Part shown: positions 51,329 through 64,000 of the stretch, in pieces
How positions within the stretch are numbered: position 1 is the first letter of the stretch
How the letters are laid out: each line of letters starts with the position of its first letter
From: Eledone cirrhosa
Taxonomy: Eukaryota
Direction of reading: 5' to 3'
Assembly (NCBI GenBank): GCA_964016885.1
Contig: OZ024741.1
Location: forward strand, 272,862,001 to 272,926,000
Length of the DNA: 64,000 bases
The notes under the pieces: generated by a model
Databases searched by the model: none
What the model saw: the letters and a program-made list of their open reading frames with translations, nothing else
Told to the model about the DNA's origin: nothing
Translations under genes and position numbers: made by a program

Positions 51329-51333
<5 letters not shown>
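50898..51333 (+). mobile_element. Near-perfect 400-bp palindrome (hammerhead fold-back element) plus ~35-bp tail, in (TA)n
   Basis: Centre TGATCA at 51095-51100 with no spacer; HHR-like TTT-TTGAAAA-GCATTT-AGA-AATGC-GCAA-CCGG-TA-AAA at ~51133-51172. Confidence 0.85.
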
Positions 51334-51400
<67 letters not shown>

Positions 51401-51596
51401 CATATATATATAAAGAATGAATAATAACAGGTAGACATCATAAAAAGGTAATTTATTCCGTGTGCTTGAATACTGAAGGATCAGGAACTAAGTTTCTTGA
51501 ACAATTCTTCCATAACTCGTAGAGTAACCTCTTACCGTACGTCAACCATATCCAGTGTAGTAATTAACCATCACTACATCTTGGATAATCCTATAC

Positions 51597-51639
<43 letters not shown>

Positions 51640-51642
<3 letters not shown>

Positions 51643-52867
51643 GATAAATCTACCAAAAGTTTACGGTAGTGTCCAATCCGTATGAAGAACTCAATGTAAT
51701 CCGGATATCATGAAAAGAAGAGATGCATTCAAAAATCACTTTCGGTGAAAGATAAACGGAAAACAGAGTCAAGATAAATTATTAAAAAAATAATGAATAA
51801 ACAAAGAAACAGTTCCTTATATTAAACAAAAAAAGTTCATTATTTTACGATCGTTTCTAGGACATATATGTGTTAGAATAGGTATGCATATTCAAAAGAT
51901 CTATGTACAAAATTATACAAACTATCAGATAGAATAAAACATACCTTCACATATATATGCTGTCTTCAGAAATAATGATGCTTGTTTATTGATAATAACG
52001 ACAATTCAAAATAATAGGTCTGTTTGGGAACAAATTTTAAATAGACCAATGAAATAAGGATTGAGATACATAAAAATTTATCAAGAAAATACAGTTAGGT
52101 GTGTGTATATATGTATGTAAATACGCTCACAGATGTGCATAAAATTGTATGCCCATATGTATACGTATATTGAAAAAATGTATGTAAATATAAAAAAAGT
52201 GTATGTAAATATAAAAATTTAGGGCTAATGTATCTATATGTCTATAATCAACAGACAGAACACATATATACATACATACACACACACATATATATATACA
52301 TATATATATATATTTATATATATATATATATACACATACATATTATTACTATAAATATATGGATATTGAGGCGCTCACATAAACACGCCAACACACACTT
52401 ACATTTAGATGCGGAATTAAGAGAGGTAAGGGAGTATAGTAATTAAAGGAAAGTGTCAATCTCGACATACTTATAAAAGTGTATCAATAAAATTAGAAAT
52501 AAAAATTTTTTTTTTATATAGAAGGAAAACACTCAAAAAAAGGAAACAAAAAAAGACAAAAAAGGCGGGGGGGGGGGGGGGGGGGGGTACGTACATACAC
52601 AGACACGCATGTCTCACAAAAGAAATATAAAAAACATAAAAGAGAGACATAAAATATACATGCTTATATACACACGCACATTTACACATCCATACATTCG
52701 ATACATACATACGTACACACACACACATACACATACTTACATTCACGCATATTGACCTGTTTGTATGCACACACATAAAAATAAGTAAAACATATACCCA
52801 TACATATAAATATACACCCATATACATATATACACACACACATATATGTATATATATATATATATAT

Positions 52868-52921
<54 letters not shown>

Positions 52922-53081
52922 CCATGTATATAAACACAACAACACACACACACACTCAGATATACATATATATAGAGACATACATACACATATATATATA
53001 TATACACAGTCAGACACATATACACATATATGCACATACATACACACATCTCTACACATACATATACATACATACATACAC

Positions 53082-53138
<57 letters not shown>

Positions 53139-54659
53139 CATATACATATACATGCGCACATATGTATTTTTATACTCACATACAAACACACAAACATACA
53201 TACACACTTACATACACATACACACATCCACGCTTACAAATACAAATAATTATTGGGGGGGGGGGGGTGATTAAAATTATTAGTGGGAAATAGTAAATAT
53301 ATAGGTTTCAAGGAACATAGAATATTAATCTGCAGTTAAATCATTATAGGTGTTTACATATTGGTATCAGTTTTAGGAAATGGTATTTGTAAGAAGGAAG
53401 GCTAAATTATGTATTTTAAATAAGTAGAATATTAATTATAGGTTAACTAAAATAAAAATAGTTAATATATTAATTTCTAAGGTGTATACTAATTAGGTTT
53501 ATAATATTTAAAGCGGAATTTTGAAGTTAAACAGTAGTAGAGTATTAATTATAGCATAACTAAATTAAAAATAATTATATATAATTACATGATGGTATCA
53601 ATTTTAGGAAATGAATTTTGTAAGAGGGAAAAATTATGTATTTTAATATAAGTAGAATATTAATTATAGGTTAACTAAAATAAAAATAGTTAATATATTA
53701 ATTTCTAAGGTGTATACTAATTAGGTTTATAAAATTTAAAGCGGAATTTTGAAGTTAAACAGTAGTAGAGTATTAATTATAGCATAACTAAATTAAAAAT
53801 AATTATATATAATTACATGATGGTATCAATTTTAGGAAATGAATTTTGTAAGAGGGAAAGCCAAATTAATTTCTATAGTATATGTTAATTAGGTTTATAA
53901 TAATTAAAGCAAAATTTTGTATTTTATCTATAGTAGAATTTTAATTATAGGTTAACTAAATTAAAATTAATCTATATATTAATTTGTAAAGTGTATATTA
54001 ATTAGGTATATATTTAAAAGTTTTTCTCAGTTTATGATTACATGATATTCTGCATTTCATCTGTATTAGAATTTTAATTATAATCTAACTAAATTAAAAT
54101 TATAGGTTAACTAAATTAAAATTAATTTATATATTAATTTCTAAATTGTATATTAATTAGGTTTATAATATTAAAAAGTATTTCTCCGTTTTTAATTACA
54201 CGATATTTTGTTGTATTTCATCTGTAAAAGAATTTTAATAATAGGTTAAATAAACTAAAATTAATCTATATATTAATTTCCAATGGGCATACAATTTTAT
54301 GCACATCTGTGAGCGTATTTACATACATATATACACACACCTAACTGTATTTTCTTGATAAATTTTTATGTATCTCAATCCTTATTTCATTGGTCTATTT
54401 AAAATTTGTTCCCAAACAGACCTATTATTTTGAATTGTCGTTATTATCAATAAACAAGCATCATTATTTCTGAAGACAGCATATATATGTGAAGGTATGT
54501 TTTATTCTATCTGATAGTTTGTATAATTTTGTACATAGATCTTTTGAATATGCATACCTATTCTAACACATATATGTCCTAGAAACGATCGTAAAATAAT
54601 GAACTTTTTTTGTTTAATATAAGGAACTGTTTCTTTGTTTATTCATTATTTTTTTAATA

Positions 54660-54665
<6 letters not shown>
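51640..54665 (-). mobile_element. Large non-coding hammerhead element with ~385-bp inverted terminal copies
   Basis: 51775-52157 is the reverse complement of 54283-54665; HHR 54464-54599; interior of microsatellites and ~226-bp AT-rich tandem units (53406-53859). Confidence 0.8.
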
Positions 54666-54750
<85 letters not shown>

Positions 54751-54788
54751 ATATATACATACATATATATATATATACATATATATAC

Positions 54789-54965
<177 letters not shown>

Positions 54966-54982
54966 CATATATATACATATAT

Positions 54983-55139
<157 letters not shown>

Positions 55140-55145
55140 CATATA

Positions 55146-57281
55146 TCATCATCATCATCATCAACGTTTAACGTCCGTGTTCCACGCTTGCATGGGTTTG
55201 GACGGGGGTATTCCCACTTGAGGCAAGAGTGATTGTCTTGCTCGCATAGGACTGTCTGGCAGGTTTTCTACAGTTGGATGCCCTTCCTAACACCAACCAC
55301 ATTTACAGTGTGGGGCTGGGAGGTTTTTACCGTGTTGCCTACACGGCCACATTACAGTGTGGACTGTGTGTTTTTTTGTCGTGACACCTACATGATCTCA
55401 TTTGTTTCGGCCTGGATGGTGTGGCACCAACATAACTTTACATAGGAGGGGGTGGTGTGGATGGGTTGGGGGTGGTGGGACGGGGGTGTATTTTGTTAGA
55501 GATGCCTACTGGCTGTAGTAGGTTTTACTATGTATTTAGGTAAGGCGGGTCTTCTCTATTACTGAGTACCGCCAAAGGTCTCGGTCCAGTGACATTGTCT
55601 TGGAGAGGTGTAAGTGTGTGAGGTCGGAGTTTATCAGCTCGTCCCAGGTTTTTCTAGGTCTGCCTATTCCGTGGCTACCATCTATCTTTATTGCCCTGCA
55701 CTTTGTTATACAGCTATCGACTTTCATGCGCATCACGTGTCCATACCAACGTAGCCTTCTCTCGAGTAAACAACATCTGATCCCTCTTATTTCTAATTTT
55801 TTCCTTAGTTCGTTTATGCTTTGCCGTTCACGTATATTACTATTACACATCCAGCGGAGCATGCAAGCTTCGTTCCTCTCTAGTCTGCGTATATCCTCTG
55901 CACACAATGCCCAGGTCTCACTGCCATGCAACATTGCTGTTCGTATGCAGGCATCATACAACCTGCCTTTCATTTTTAGGGAGAACCCTTTAGCGGCTAA
56001 TAGTGGTATAAGCTCTCTGAACTTTTTCCATCCAGTTCTGACTCTAGCTACTGTACTTTCAGAGCACCCTCCGCCACTGCTGATTTTGTCACCCTGGTAA
56101 CGGAAGCTGTCCACTATTTCTATAGAGCCCTCTGCGCAGTTGTAAGAGCTAGTATTTTGTGGGCACTTGCTGCTACTTATTGCACCAGAGCACCGCCCAC
56201 ATGTAAAATCTATGTTCTTAGTTAGCTTACCTGTGATCCCACTACATCTTTTATGCACCCATACTTTGCATTTGGGACATAAAATGGAGTTTCTACCTAC
56301 GCCTTTCCTACACACTGAGCATGGCCATTTCCCGGAAGGGACCGCCACCTTATTTTCTTTCCTACAAACTAGAACTTTAGTCTTAGCCAGGTTAATTTTA
56401 AGTCCTTTTGATTCTAGGCCGTGCTTCCATGTTTGGAATTTCTTCTCTAGCTCGGTCATTGATTCAGCTATGAGCGTTAGATCATCTGCGTATAGGAGTT
56501 CCCATGGGCAGCCGGTCTTGAACTCCTCTGTTATAGCCTGAAGGGCAATAATAAATAGTAGGGGGCTAAGAACAGAGCCCTGATGGACACCAACTTTTAC
56601 ACTAAACTCTTCACTATATTCGTTGTTAATTCTAACCTTGCTGACTGTTTCTTTATACATGGCTTGTATAGCTCTCACAAGCCATTCGTCGACACCTAGT
56701 TTTCTAAGGGTCCACCAGATAATGGAACGGGGGACTCTGTCGAAGGCTTTCTCCAAGTCGACAAAAGCTAAGTAGAGGGGTTTACCTTTAGCTAGGTACT
56801 TCTCCTGTAGTTGACGTACAATGAAAAGAGCGTCTGTGGTACTTTTGCCTGACACAAACCTGAACTGCATTTCATCTAGGTCAATTCTCTCTCTGATTAG
56901 TTGCGCTATTACTTTTTCCGTGACCTTCATGACCTGGTCGATTAATTTAATGCCTCTATAGTTACTCCTATCTAGGGCATCTCCTTTACCCTTATAACAG
57001 TTAACGATGATGCTGCTATGCCAGTCCTTCGGAACAACCCCATTCTGTACGACTTGGTTAACTATCCGGGTGACCATGGTGTGTCCCACCGTGCCAGATG
57101 CCTTCAGCATCTCAGCAACTATTTCCGAAGGCCCAGCCGCCTTACCCGTCTTCATATCCTTGATTGCCTTACTTATTATACTACCCTCGACTAACACTGC
57201 TGGTCCCTCTATTGGGCCGATGTGGGGGAGACTGTCTTTCTCCCATTTATTCTCCTCATTTAGTAGCCTTTCATAGTGACA

Positions 57282-57284
<3 letters not shown>
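55146..57284 (-). mobile_element. Young 5'-truncated RTE LINE (family B) with an uninterrupted RT-to-C-terminus frame
   Basis: 55536-57284 open for ~580 codons ([12 protein letters not shown]...EKTRLT); (TA)n on both sides. Confidence 0.95.
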
Positions 57285-57331
<47 letters not shown>

Positions 57332-57332
57332 C

Positions 57333-57519
<187 letters not shown>

Positions 57520-57556
57520 CATATATATACACACATATATATATATATATATATAT

Positions 57557-57748
57557 AGCAACCAGTAGGACCCCGACGGCTGAGCTCAAGCCGTTTCGGC
57601 GGCTAATTCTGGACCAGAATTAGCCGTCGAAACGGCTTGAGCTCAACCCGTCGGGGTCTTAGTGGTTCCTATTACCCACTCTACTACCCTAAGTATTGAG
57701 TACTTTGGTACGTTATGGTCGACCTGGTTCCTTACCACATTTCCTTCG
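57557..57748 (+). mobile_element. Short fold-back element (3' half of a hammerhead plus tail) in (TA)n
   Basis: ~57-bp arms around AATTCTGG-A-CCAGAATT; CGAAAC motif; TTGAGTAC..GTACG tail. Confidence 0.7.
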
Positions 57749-57795
<47 letters not shown>

Positions 57796-57809
57796 TATGT
57801 ATGTATGTG

Positions 57810-58965
57810 TTATCTCTTTCTCTTAATTTCGAGTATATTTTTTTGACCGGCTACCTTCCTGGTGGCAAGGTTGTAAAAGAAAAGAAATTGTCATCCCTTG
57901 AATCGCAAGAATGTTTTGCAAATTTTGAAGGTGCCAGCTATCACAGCCATTTGTTGACTATGAATTAGGGAACTGCGTTTTTTGTCCGTAAATCCAAGTT
58001 CAGTCATGCTTTGGTCCAAGCGGGTTGGTATATAACCCGTCGCTCCAATAATGATGGGTATGAAGCTAAAGGTGTATCTTGGATACTGGATTTGAAAACT
58101 CCTCATCAATGGTCCGTAAATGTCCTCCTTCTCCTGTATTTTTCTGACAACGTTTACATCAAGTGGGCAGCTGATCTCCACAACAGAACACGTTTTCAAT
58201 GTGTGGTCCCAAACAACAATATCAGGCCGGTTGTGCTTTAATTTGGTGGCAGTTTTTATTTTCAGGTTCCACCAGTATTCCTTAGTGCCATCTGTCTCAA
58301 TATATTCTTCCTCGTTTGTTGTTAATTTTGTTTTCCGAAGTGCATTCCAGATGGTTCTAGCTATCCCATCGTGTCTCATGGGGAGGTAGTAGCGAGATGA
58401 CATTCTTTCGCAGCTGGCAACAATGTGGCTTACATCCTCGATCTTTGTTTTACATAGCCTACATTTATTGTCAGCTGCTGGCCCTCCCCTTTTGTCCAGC
58501 AGATATTTGGTAGGGAGTTCTTGTTCCTGTATTGCATAGAGATATCCCTCAAGGTGTGATGTCATAAACTTGTCGGAACTCCATGCCAGGCTTTTTGAGT
58601 GGTTTATCCCCTCTATGGTCTGTGTTTTACGTCTCAAGTATCCATGCACAACTTTTTCTGTAAATTGGTCAATTTTTTCATCTTGTTTGAACATTGAATA
58701 GGATCTTCCGATTTCTCTGGGTGAGAGATTTATATCAGGCTTTATTCCATATCTCTCCTCCAGATCAGTCGCTATTCTAATGATATTTTTTTTCCATGCT
58801 CATAAACCTGGGCAAGATGGTTGCCAACCTTTTTCCTCTGTTGAAGGTGTTGCTTCAGTGTTACTATTCGGGTCTCATATGTTGTTAATATTGATTTTAG
58901 ATCCCGGCCACCTTCCTTGCGTGAGAAGTATAGCCTATCCACATCACCATTGATGTTAAAGTTGT
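57810..58965 (-). mobile_element. R4/Dong-like non-LTR retrotransposon 3' fragment
   Basis: DVDRLYFSRKEGGR, AIQEQ, CRLC..EDVSHIVASC, RHD, NRPDIVVWD..VEISCP, KEDIY; flanked by (TA)n and (TATG)n. Confidence 0.85.
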
Positions 58966-59034
58966 ATGTATGTATGTATGTATGTATGTATGTATGTATG
59001 CATGTATGTATATATATATATATATATATATATA

Positions 59035-59755
59035 GGAAAGCTAACTAAGAATATGGCCGGTGTTCAGGTGCAATAAGTAGCAGCAAGTGCCCACAGAATA
59101 CTAGTTCATTCCAGTGCACAGATGGTTCTATAGAAATAGTGGACAGCTTCCGTTACCTGGGTGACAAAATCAGCAGTGGTGGAGGGTGCTCTGAAAGTAC
59201 TGTAGCTAGGGTCAGAACGGGATGGATAAAGTTCAGAGAGCTTATACCACTATTGGCCGCTAAAGGGTTCTCTCTAAAAATGAAAGGCAGGCTGTATGAT
59301 GCCTGCATACGAACAGCAATGTTACATGGCAGTGAGACCTGGGCATTGTGTGCAGAGGATATACGCAGACAGGAGAGGAACGAAGCTTGCATGATCCGTT
59401 GGATGAGCTCTCCCCAGCGGTCTTTGACTTTCATCATCCCTGATATGTCCTGCGTTTCCTGGAGACCGGTGTCTGTCCTTAGGGCATCAAGATATGTCAT
59501 CCTCGGTCTCCCTTTTCCACTGAATGCTGTGTCCACTCTGAATGTCGGTGATAGTGTCCAGCTAACCTTAGTCTCTTTTGTGTTACTTTCAAGCTGACTT
59601 TTTGGAGGCTCCTGTACAGCTGAGTTCTTCATCCTTAGTGCATACTGGTTAATGTTCAGAGCCATATTCAGCATCCTCATGTAGCACCCCTCCACCATCT
59701 GAGTGAGTTTATTGGTCAGTGTTCAAGTCTCAGACTTGTACAGCAGCACAGGCTC
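59035..59755. mobile_element. RTE family B fragment (+, 59035-59405) fused to a different RTE-like 3' fragment (-, 59405-59755)
   Basis: [15 protein letters not shown] on the + strand; GKGRPRMTYLDALRTDTGL on the - strand. Confidence 0.7.
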
Positions 59756-59759
59756 CATA

Positions 59760-62700
59760 TGATGATGATGATGGTATATATCATCATGGTGGTGGTGGTG
59801 GCAGTGGTGGTAGTGGTGATAGGAATGGTGGTAGTGATGGTGTGGTGGTAGTGGTAGAAGTGGTAGTAGTGGTGGTGATGGTGGTAGTGGTTTTAGTGGT
59901 GGTAGTAGTGATGGTAGTGGTGGTAATGTTAGTAGAAGTTGTGGTGGTGGTGGTGGTAGTGGTTCTTGTGGTAGTAGTAGTGGTAGTGGTTGTATTGGTG
60001 GTAGTGGTGGCAGTAGTAGTAGTGGTTGTAGTGGTGGCAGTAGTGGTAGTTGTGGTAGTGGTGGTAGTGGTGGTGGTAGTGGTGGTGGTAGTTGTAGTAG
60101 TGATTGTAGTGGTGGTGGTAGTTGTAGTAGTGGTTGTAGTGGTGGTTGTAGTAGTGGTATTGGTGTGGTGGTGGCAGGAGTGGCAGTTGTGGTAGTGGTA
60201 GTTGTTGTAGTGGTTGTAGTGGTAATAGTGGTTGTAATGGTGGTAGTGGTGGTGGCAGTAGTGGTAGTGGTAGTTGTGGTGGTAGTGGTAATCATAATGG
60301 TTGTAGTGATAATAGTGGTTGTAATGGTGGTAGTGGTGGTGGCAGTAGTGTTAATGGTTGTAGTGGTAACAGTGGTTGTAATGGTGGTAGTGGTGGTAGC
60401 AGTAGTGGTAGTGGTAGTTGTGGTGGTAGTGGTGGTAGTCGTTGTGGCAGTAGTGGTACTGATAGTTGTGGTGGTTGTAGTAGTGGTTGTAGTGGTAGTG
60501 GCTGTATTGGTTGTAGCGGTGGTAGCAGTAGTGGTAGTGGTTGTAGTGGTAATAGTGGTTGTAATGGTGGTAGCAGTAGTGGTAGTTGTGGTGGTAGTGG
60601 TGTTAATGGTAGTTGTGGTGGTAGTGGCAGTTGTGGTGGTAGTGGTGGTGGTAGTTGTGGTGGTAGTGATAGTAGTAGTTGTGGTGGTAGTGGTAGTAGT
60701 AGTTGTGGTGGTAATATTAATCTAAGTGTCTCTTTTATAAACCGGTAAAAACCAGAACAAGACATTCAGTTCCAATGTTGATCTCTCTCTCTCTCTCTCT
60801 CACTCTCTCTGTCTCTTACTCTTTCTCTTACCTGCTCTCTCACTTTCTCACTCTGTCTCTCACTCTCTCTTACTCTCTCTCTCTCAATCTCTTTCTCACA
60901 TCACCCCCTCTTCCCTCTAATGCCTCTCTCTCCCTCCCACCTCTATCTCTCCCTTTCTCTCTCTCCCCTTCTATCTCTCTCTCCCACTCTCTCCTCTCAT
61001 CTCTATCTCTCCATTTCTCTCCCCTCCCATCTCTCCCTCTCCCTTTACATATCTCCCTTCCCATTTCTCCCTCCCCCTCTCTCTCTCTCCTCCCATCTTC
61101 CACTCTCTCCACCTCCCACCCACCCCTCAACAAGTGTCTTGTTCCGCATCACTGATCACCCAACCAACAACCAATAAACTGTAAACAGGCATCTCAACTG
61201 CCTTTATTTCTTATTAGCACCACAACCACCTCTATCACCACCACCACCACCACCATCACAACCACCTCTATCACCACCACCACCACCACCATCACAACCA
61301 CCTCTATCACCACCACCACCACCATCACCACCACCCCTATCACTACCACCACCACCACCACCACAACCACCTCTATCACCACCACCACCACCATCACCAC
61401 CACCCCTATCACTACCACCACCACCACCACCACCACAACCACCTCTATCACCACTACCACCACCACCACCACCCCTATCACCACCACCCCTATCACCACC
61501 ACCCCTATCACCACAACCACCCCTATCACCACCACCGCCACCATCACCCACCTATCACCCCCTCCTATCACCACCACCACCACCACCCCTATCACCACCA
61601 CCACCACCACCATCCCTATCCCCCCTATCACCACCACCATCCCTATCACCCCCCCTATCACCACCACCACCGCCACCATCCCTATCCCCCCATATCACCC
61701 CCACCATCCCTATCCCCCCACCACCCCTATCACCACCACCACCATCACCACCACCCCTATCACCCCCTATCACCACCACCACCCCTATCACCACCACCAC
61801 TACCATCACCACCATCCCTATTACCACCACCACCACCACCACCACCACCACAACCACCCCTATCACCACCACCACCACCACCACCACCATCATAGCAGTC
61901 ATTGTTGTAGTTGTTGTTATTGGTATTATTGCGGTTGTTGCTATTGGAGACCAATACACCTGTTTCCAGCTGATGGAATCTTGGTTACAGATTCCGGACT
62001 GTTTTGTTGCAGAGTATTCTATTTGGTGGTGAGATAACAACACCAACAACACCAACAACACCAACAACAACAACAACACCAACAACACCAACAGCAGCAA
62101 CAACAGCAGCAACAACAGCAACAGCTGCAACAACAACAACAACAACACTAACAACACCAACAACACCAACAGCAGCAACAACAGCAGCAACAACAGCAAC
62201 AGCTGCAACAACAACAACAACAACAACAACACCAACAACACCAACAACACCAACAACAACAACAGCAACAGCAGCAACAACAGCAGCAACAACAGCAACA
62301 GCTGCAACAACAACAACAACAGCAGCAACGGCAGCAACAGCTGCAACAACAACAACAACAACAACACCAACAGCAGCAACAGCTGTAACAACAACAACAA
62401 CAACACCAACAACACCAACAACACCAACAGCAGCAACAACAGCAGCAACAAAAACAGCAAAAACAGCAACAACAACAGCAACACCAACAACAACAGCAAC
62501 ACCAACAAGACCAACAGCAACAACAACAACAGCAACAACAACAACAGCAACAACAACAACAACAACAACACCAACAGCAACAGCAACAACAACAACAATT
62601 TTTAAAACGACCACCACAACAACAACAGCATCATCAGCAACAACAAACATCAACAATTTTAATAACAAGGTAGAAATAGTGATATTTTAACAACATCAAC

Positions 62701-62930
62701 AACAAAATCAACATCATCATCACCACAACAACAACAACAACAACAACAACAATTTTTAAACCACCACCACCACCACCACCACCACCACATCATCAACAAC
62801 AACAACAAAACAACAGCAACAAACATGATGATTATTTCAATCACAACAACAACAACAGACTTACAGCATACAGAAGATAACACTACTAGGCACCTTATCT
62901 ACAATAGTAACAACAACACCAACAACATAA
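59760..62930. repeat. Compound simple-repeat block: (GTG/GTA)n, (CT)n, (CAC)n with CCTAT, (CAA/CAG)n
   Basis: Directly visible triplet and dinucleotide degenerate arrays. Confidence 0.95.
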
Positions 62931-63371
62931 TACTGCATGTGTCCAAGGTACACACGGCTATGCTCAGTAATGCTGTGGAAGAAATTGTAATATAATTGTT
63001 TCTACTTTAGGCACAAGGCCAGCAATTACCCAGTACATTACTGGTACTTTATTTTATCGACCCCGCAAGGATGAAAGGCAAAGTCAACCTCGGCGGGATT
63101 TGAACTCAGACTGTAAAGGGACGTAAAAATTTGTAATATAATGATTTTAAATACAACTACAGAGTGAAAACTGTACTCCAGCATGACCACAGTCAAATGA
63201 CTGGACACAGTAAACCAAAACAAACAAAAAAGGTAAAAAGAATATAGACCCACATTGTAATATATACTAAGATACTACAACAATAACAGCAACAATAACA
63301 ATAATAATTATTGTTGTTGTCATTTATTCTGAACTTTGTAATATTTGAGAGGGGAAAACTATCTTTTTAGC

Positions 63372-63402
<31 letters not shown>

Positions 63403-63657
63403 CACACATATATGCATACATACATAGACACATATGCATACATATATACATACATATATATCTACATATATACAAATATAAACACACAAACTTACAAATA
63501 CATAAATACACATACATACATATATACATACATACATGTATACAAATATACATACATATATACATACATACATACATACACTTTACCTCTTATACAGAGT
63601 TGACTTTCTCTTGTTTATATATCAAACATATTTCAACACATGCACACACACACACAT

Positions 63658-63698
<41 letters not shown>

Positions 63699-63748
63699 CC
63701 ATCATCATCATCATTTGATATCCATCTGTTCTCCCTGTTAGCAAGAGT

Positions 63749-63816
<68 letters not shown>

Positions 63817-63913
63817 TATTAAGTTGTTAAACAATATTCAATGATTATGTCAAAGAATGAGTTTTGATTACATCTTAACCATTTAACATTTCAGGGTATG
63901 TCATGTATCATTA

Positions 63914-63968
63914 TATTTTGCCTGATGAGGACGTACTATCGTACATCCAAAATATGTATAATGAAATG
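63914..63968 (+). ncRNA. Degraded hammerhead motif related to 12118-12182
   Basis: CTGATGA-GGA-CGTAC..GTAC-ATCC-AAAA-TATGTA-TA-ATGAAAT. Confidence 0.45.
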
Positions 63969-64000
63969 TAATTGATCAAAAGAACATCTATTTTATTAAT

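Noticed and set aside
59719-62883. Poly-Val, poly-Thr, poly-Leu and mucin-like ORFs (e.g. 62004-62690)
   Set aside because: Triplet repeats open in several frames on both strands; no convincing splice context or non-repetitive domain
63895-63971. Possible terminal exon (tttcAG|GG YVMYHYILPDEDVLSYIQNMYNEM*) in phase with the 13162 donor
   Set aside because: Overlaps a degraded hammerhead motif resembling 12118-12182; better explained as repeat-derived

Overview
AT-rich, repeat-saturated metazoan DNA, most likely an octopus (Meta-domain tRNA-SINEs, RTE LINEs with (GAT)n tails, very long (TA)n tracts). Host genes: four phase-consistent + strand exons (1373-13220) of a protein with a degenerate EF-hand pair, and a compact caspase on the - strand (34526-35191, single coding exon, no prodomain, QACRT active site). 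The rest is transposon-derived: about 10 RTE LINE copies, CRE-like, R4/Dong-like, Tx1-like and CR1/L2 fragments, a non-autonomous LTR element, MITEs, Helentron-like elements, SINEs and satellites. The most striking hidden structure is a set of about 15 short non-coding elements in or beside (TA)n tracts. Each carries a type-I hammerhead ribozyme motif, many have a fold-back inverted copy at the 5' side, and many share a TTGAGT...CATACGG-like 3' tail motif. They resemble Penelope-like pLTRs or retrozymes. In one of them the tandem copies are apparently spliced versus unspliced, and the splice donor is part of ribozyme stem I. All calls were made by eye without database searches; coordinates of degraded repeats are approximate.
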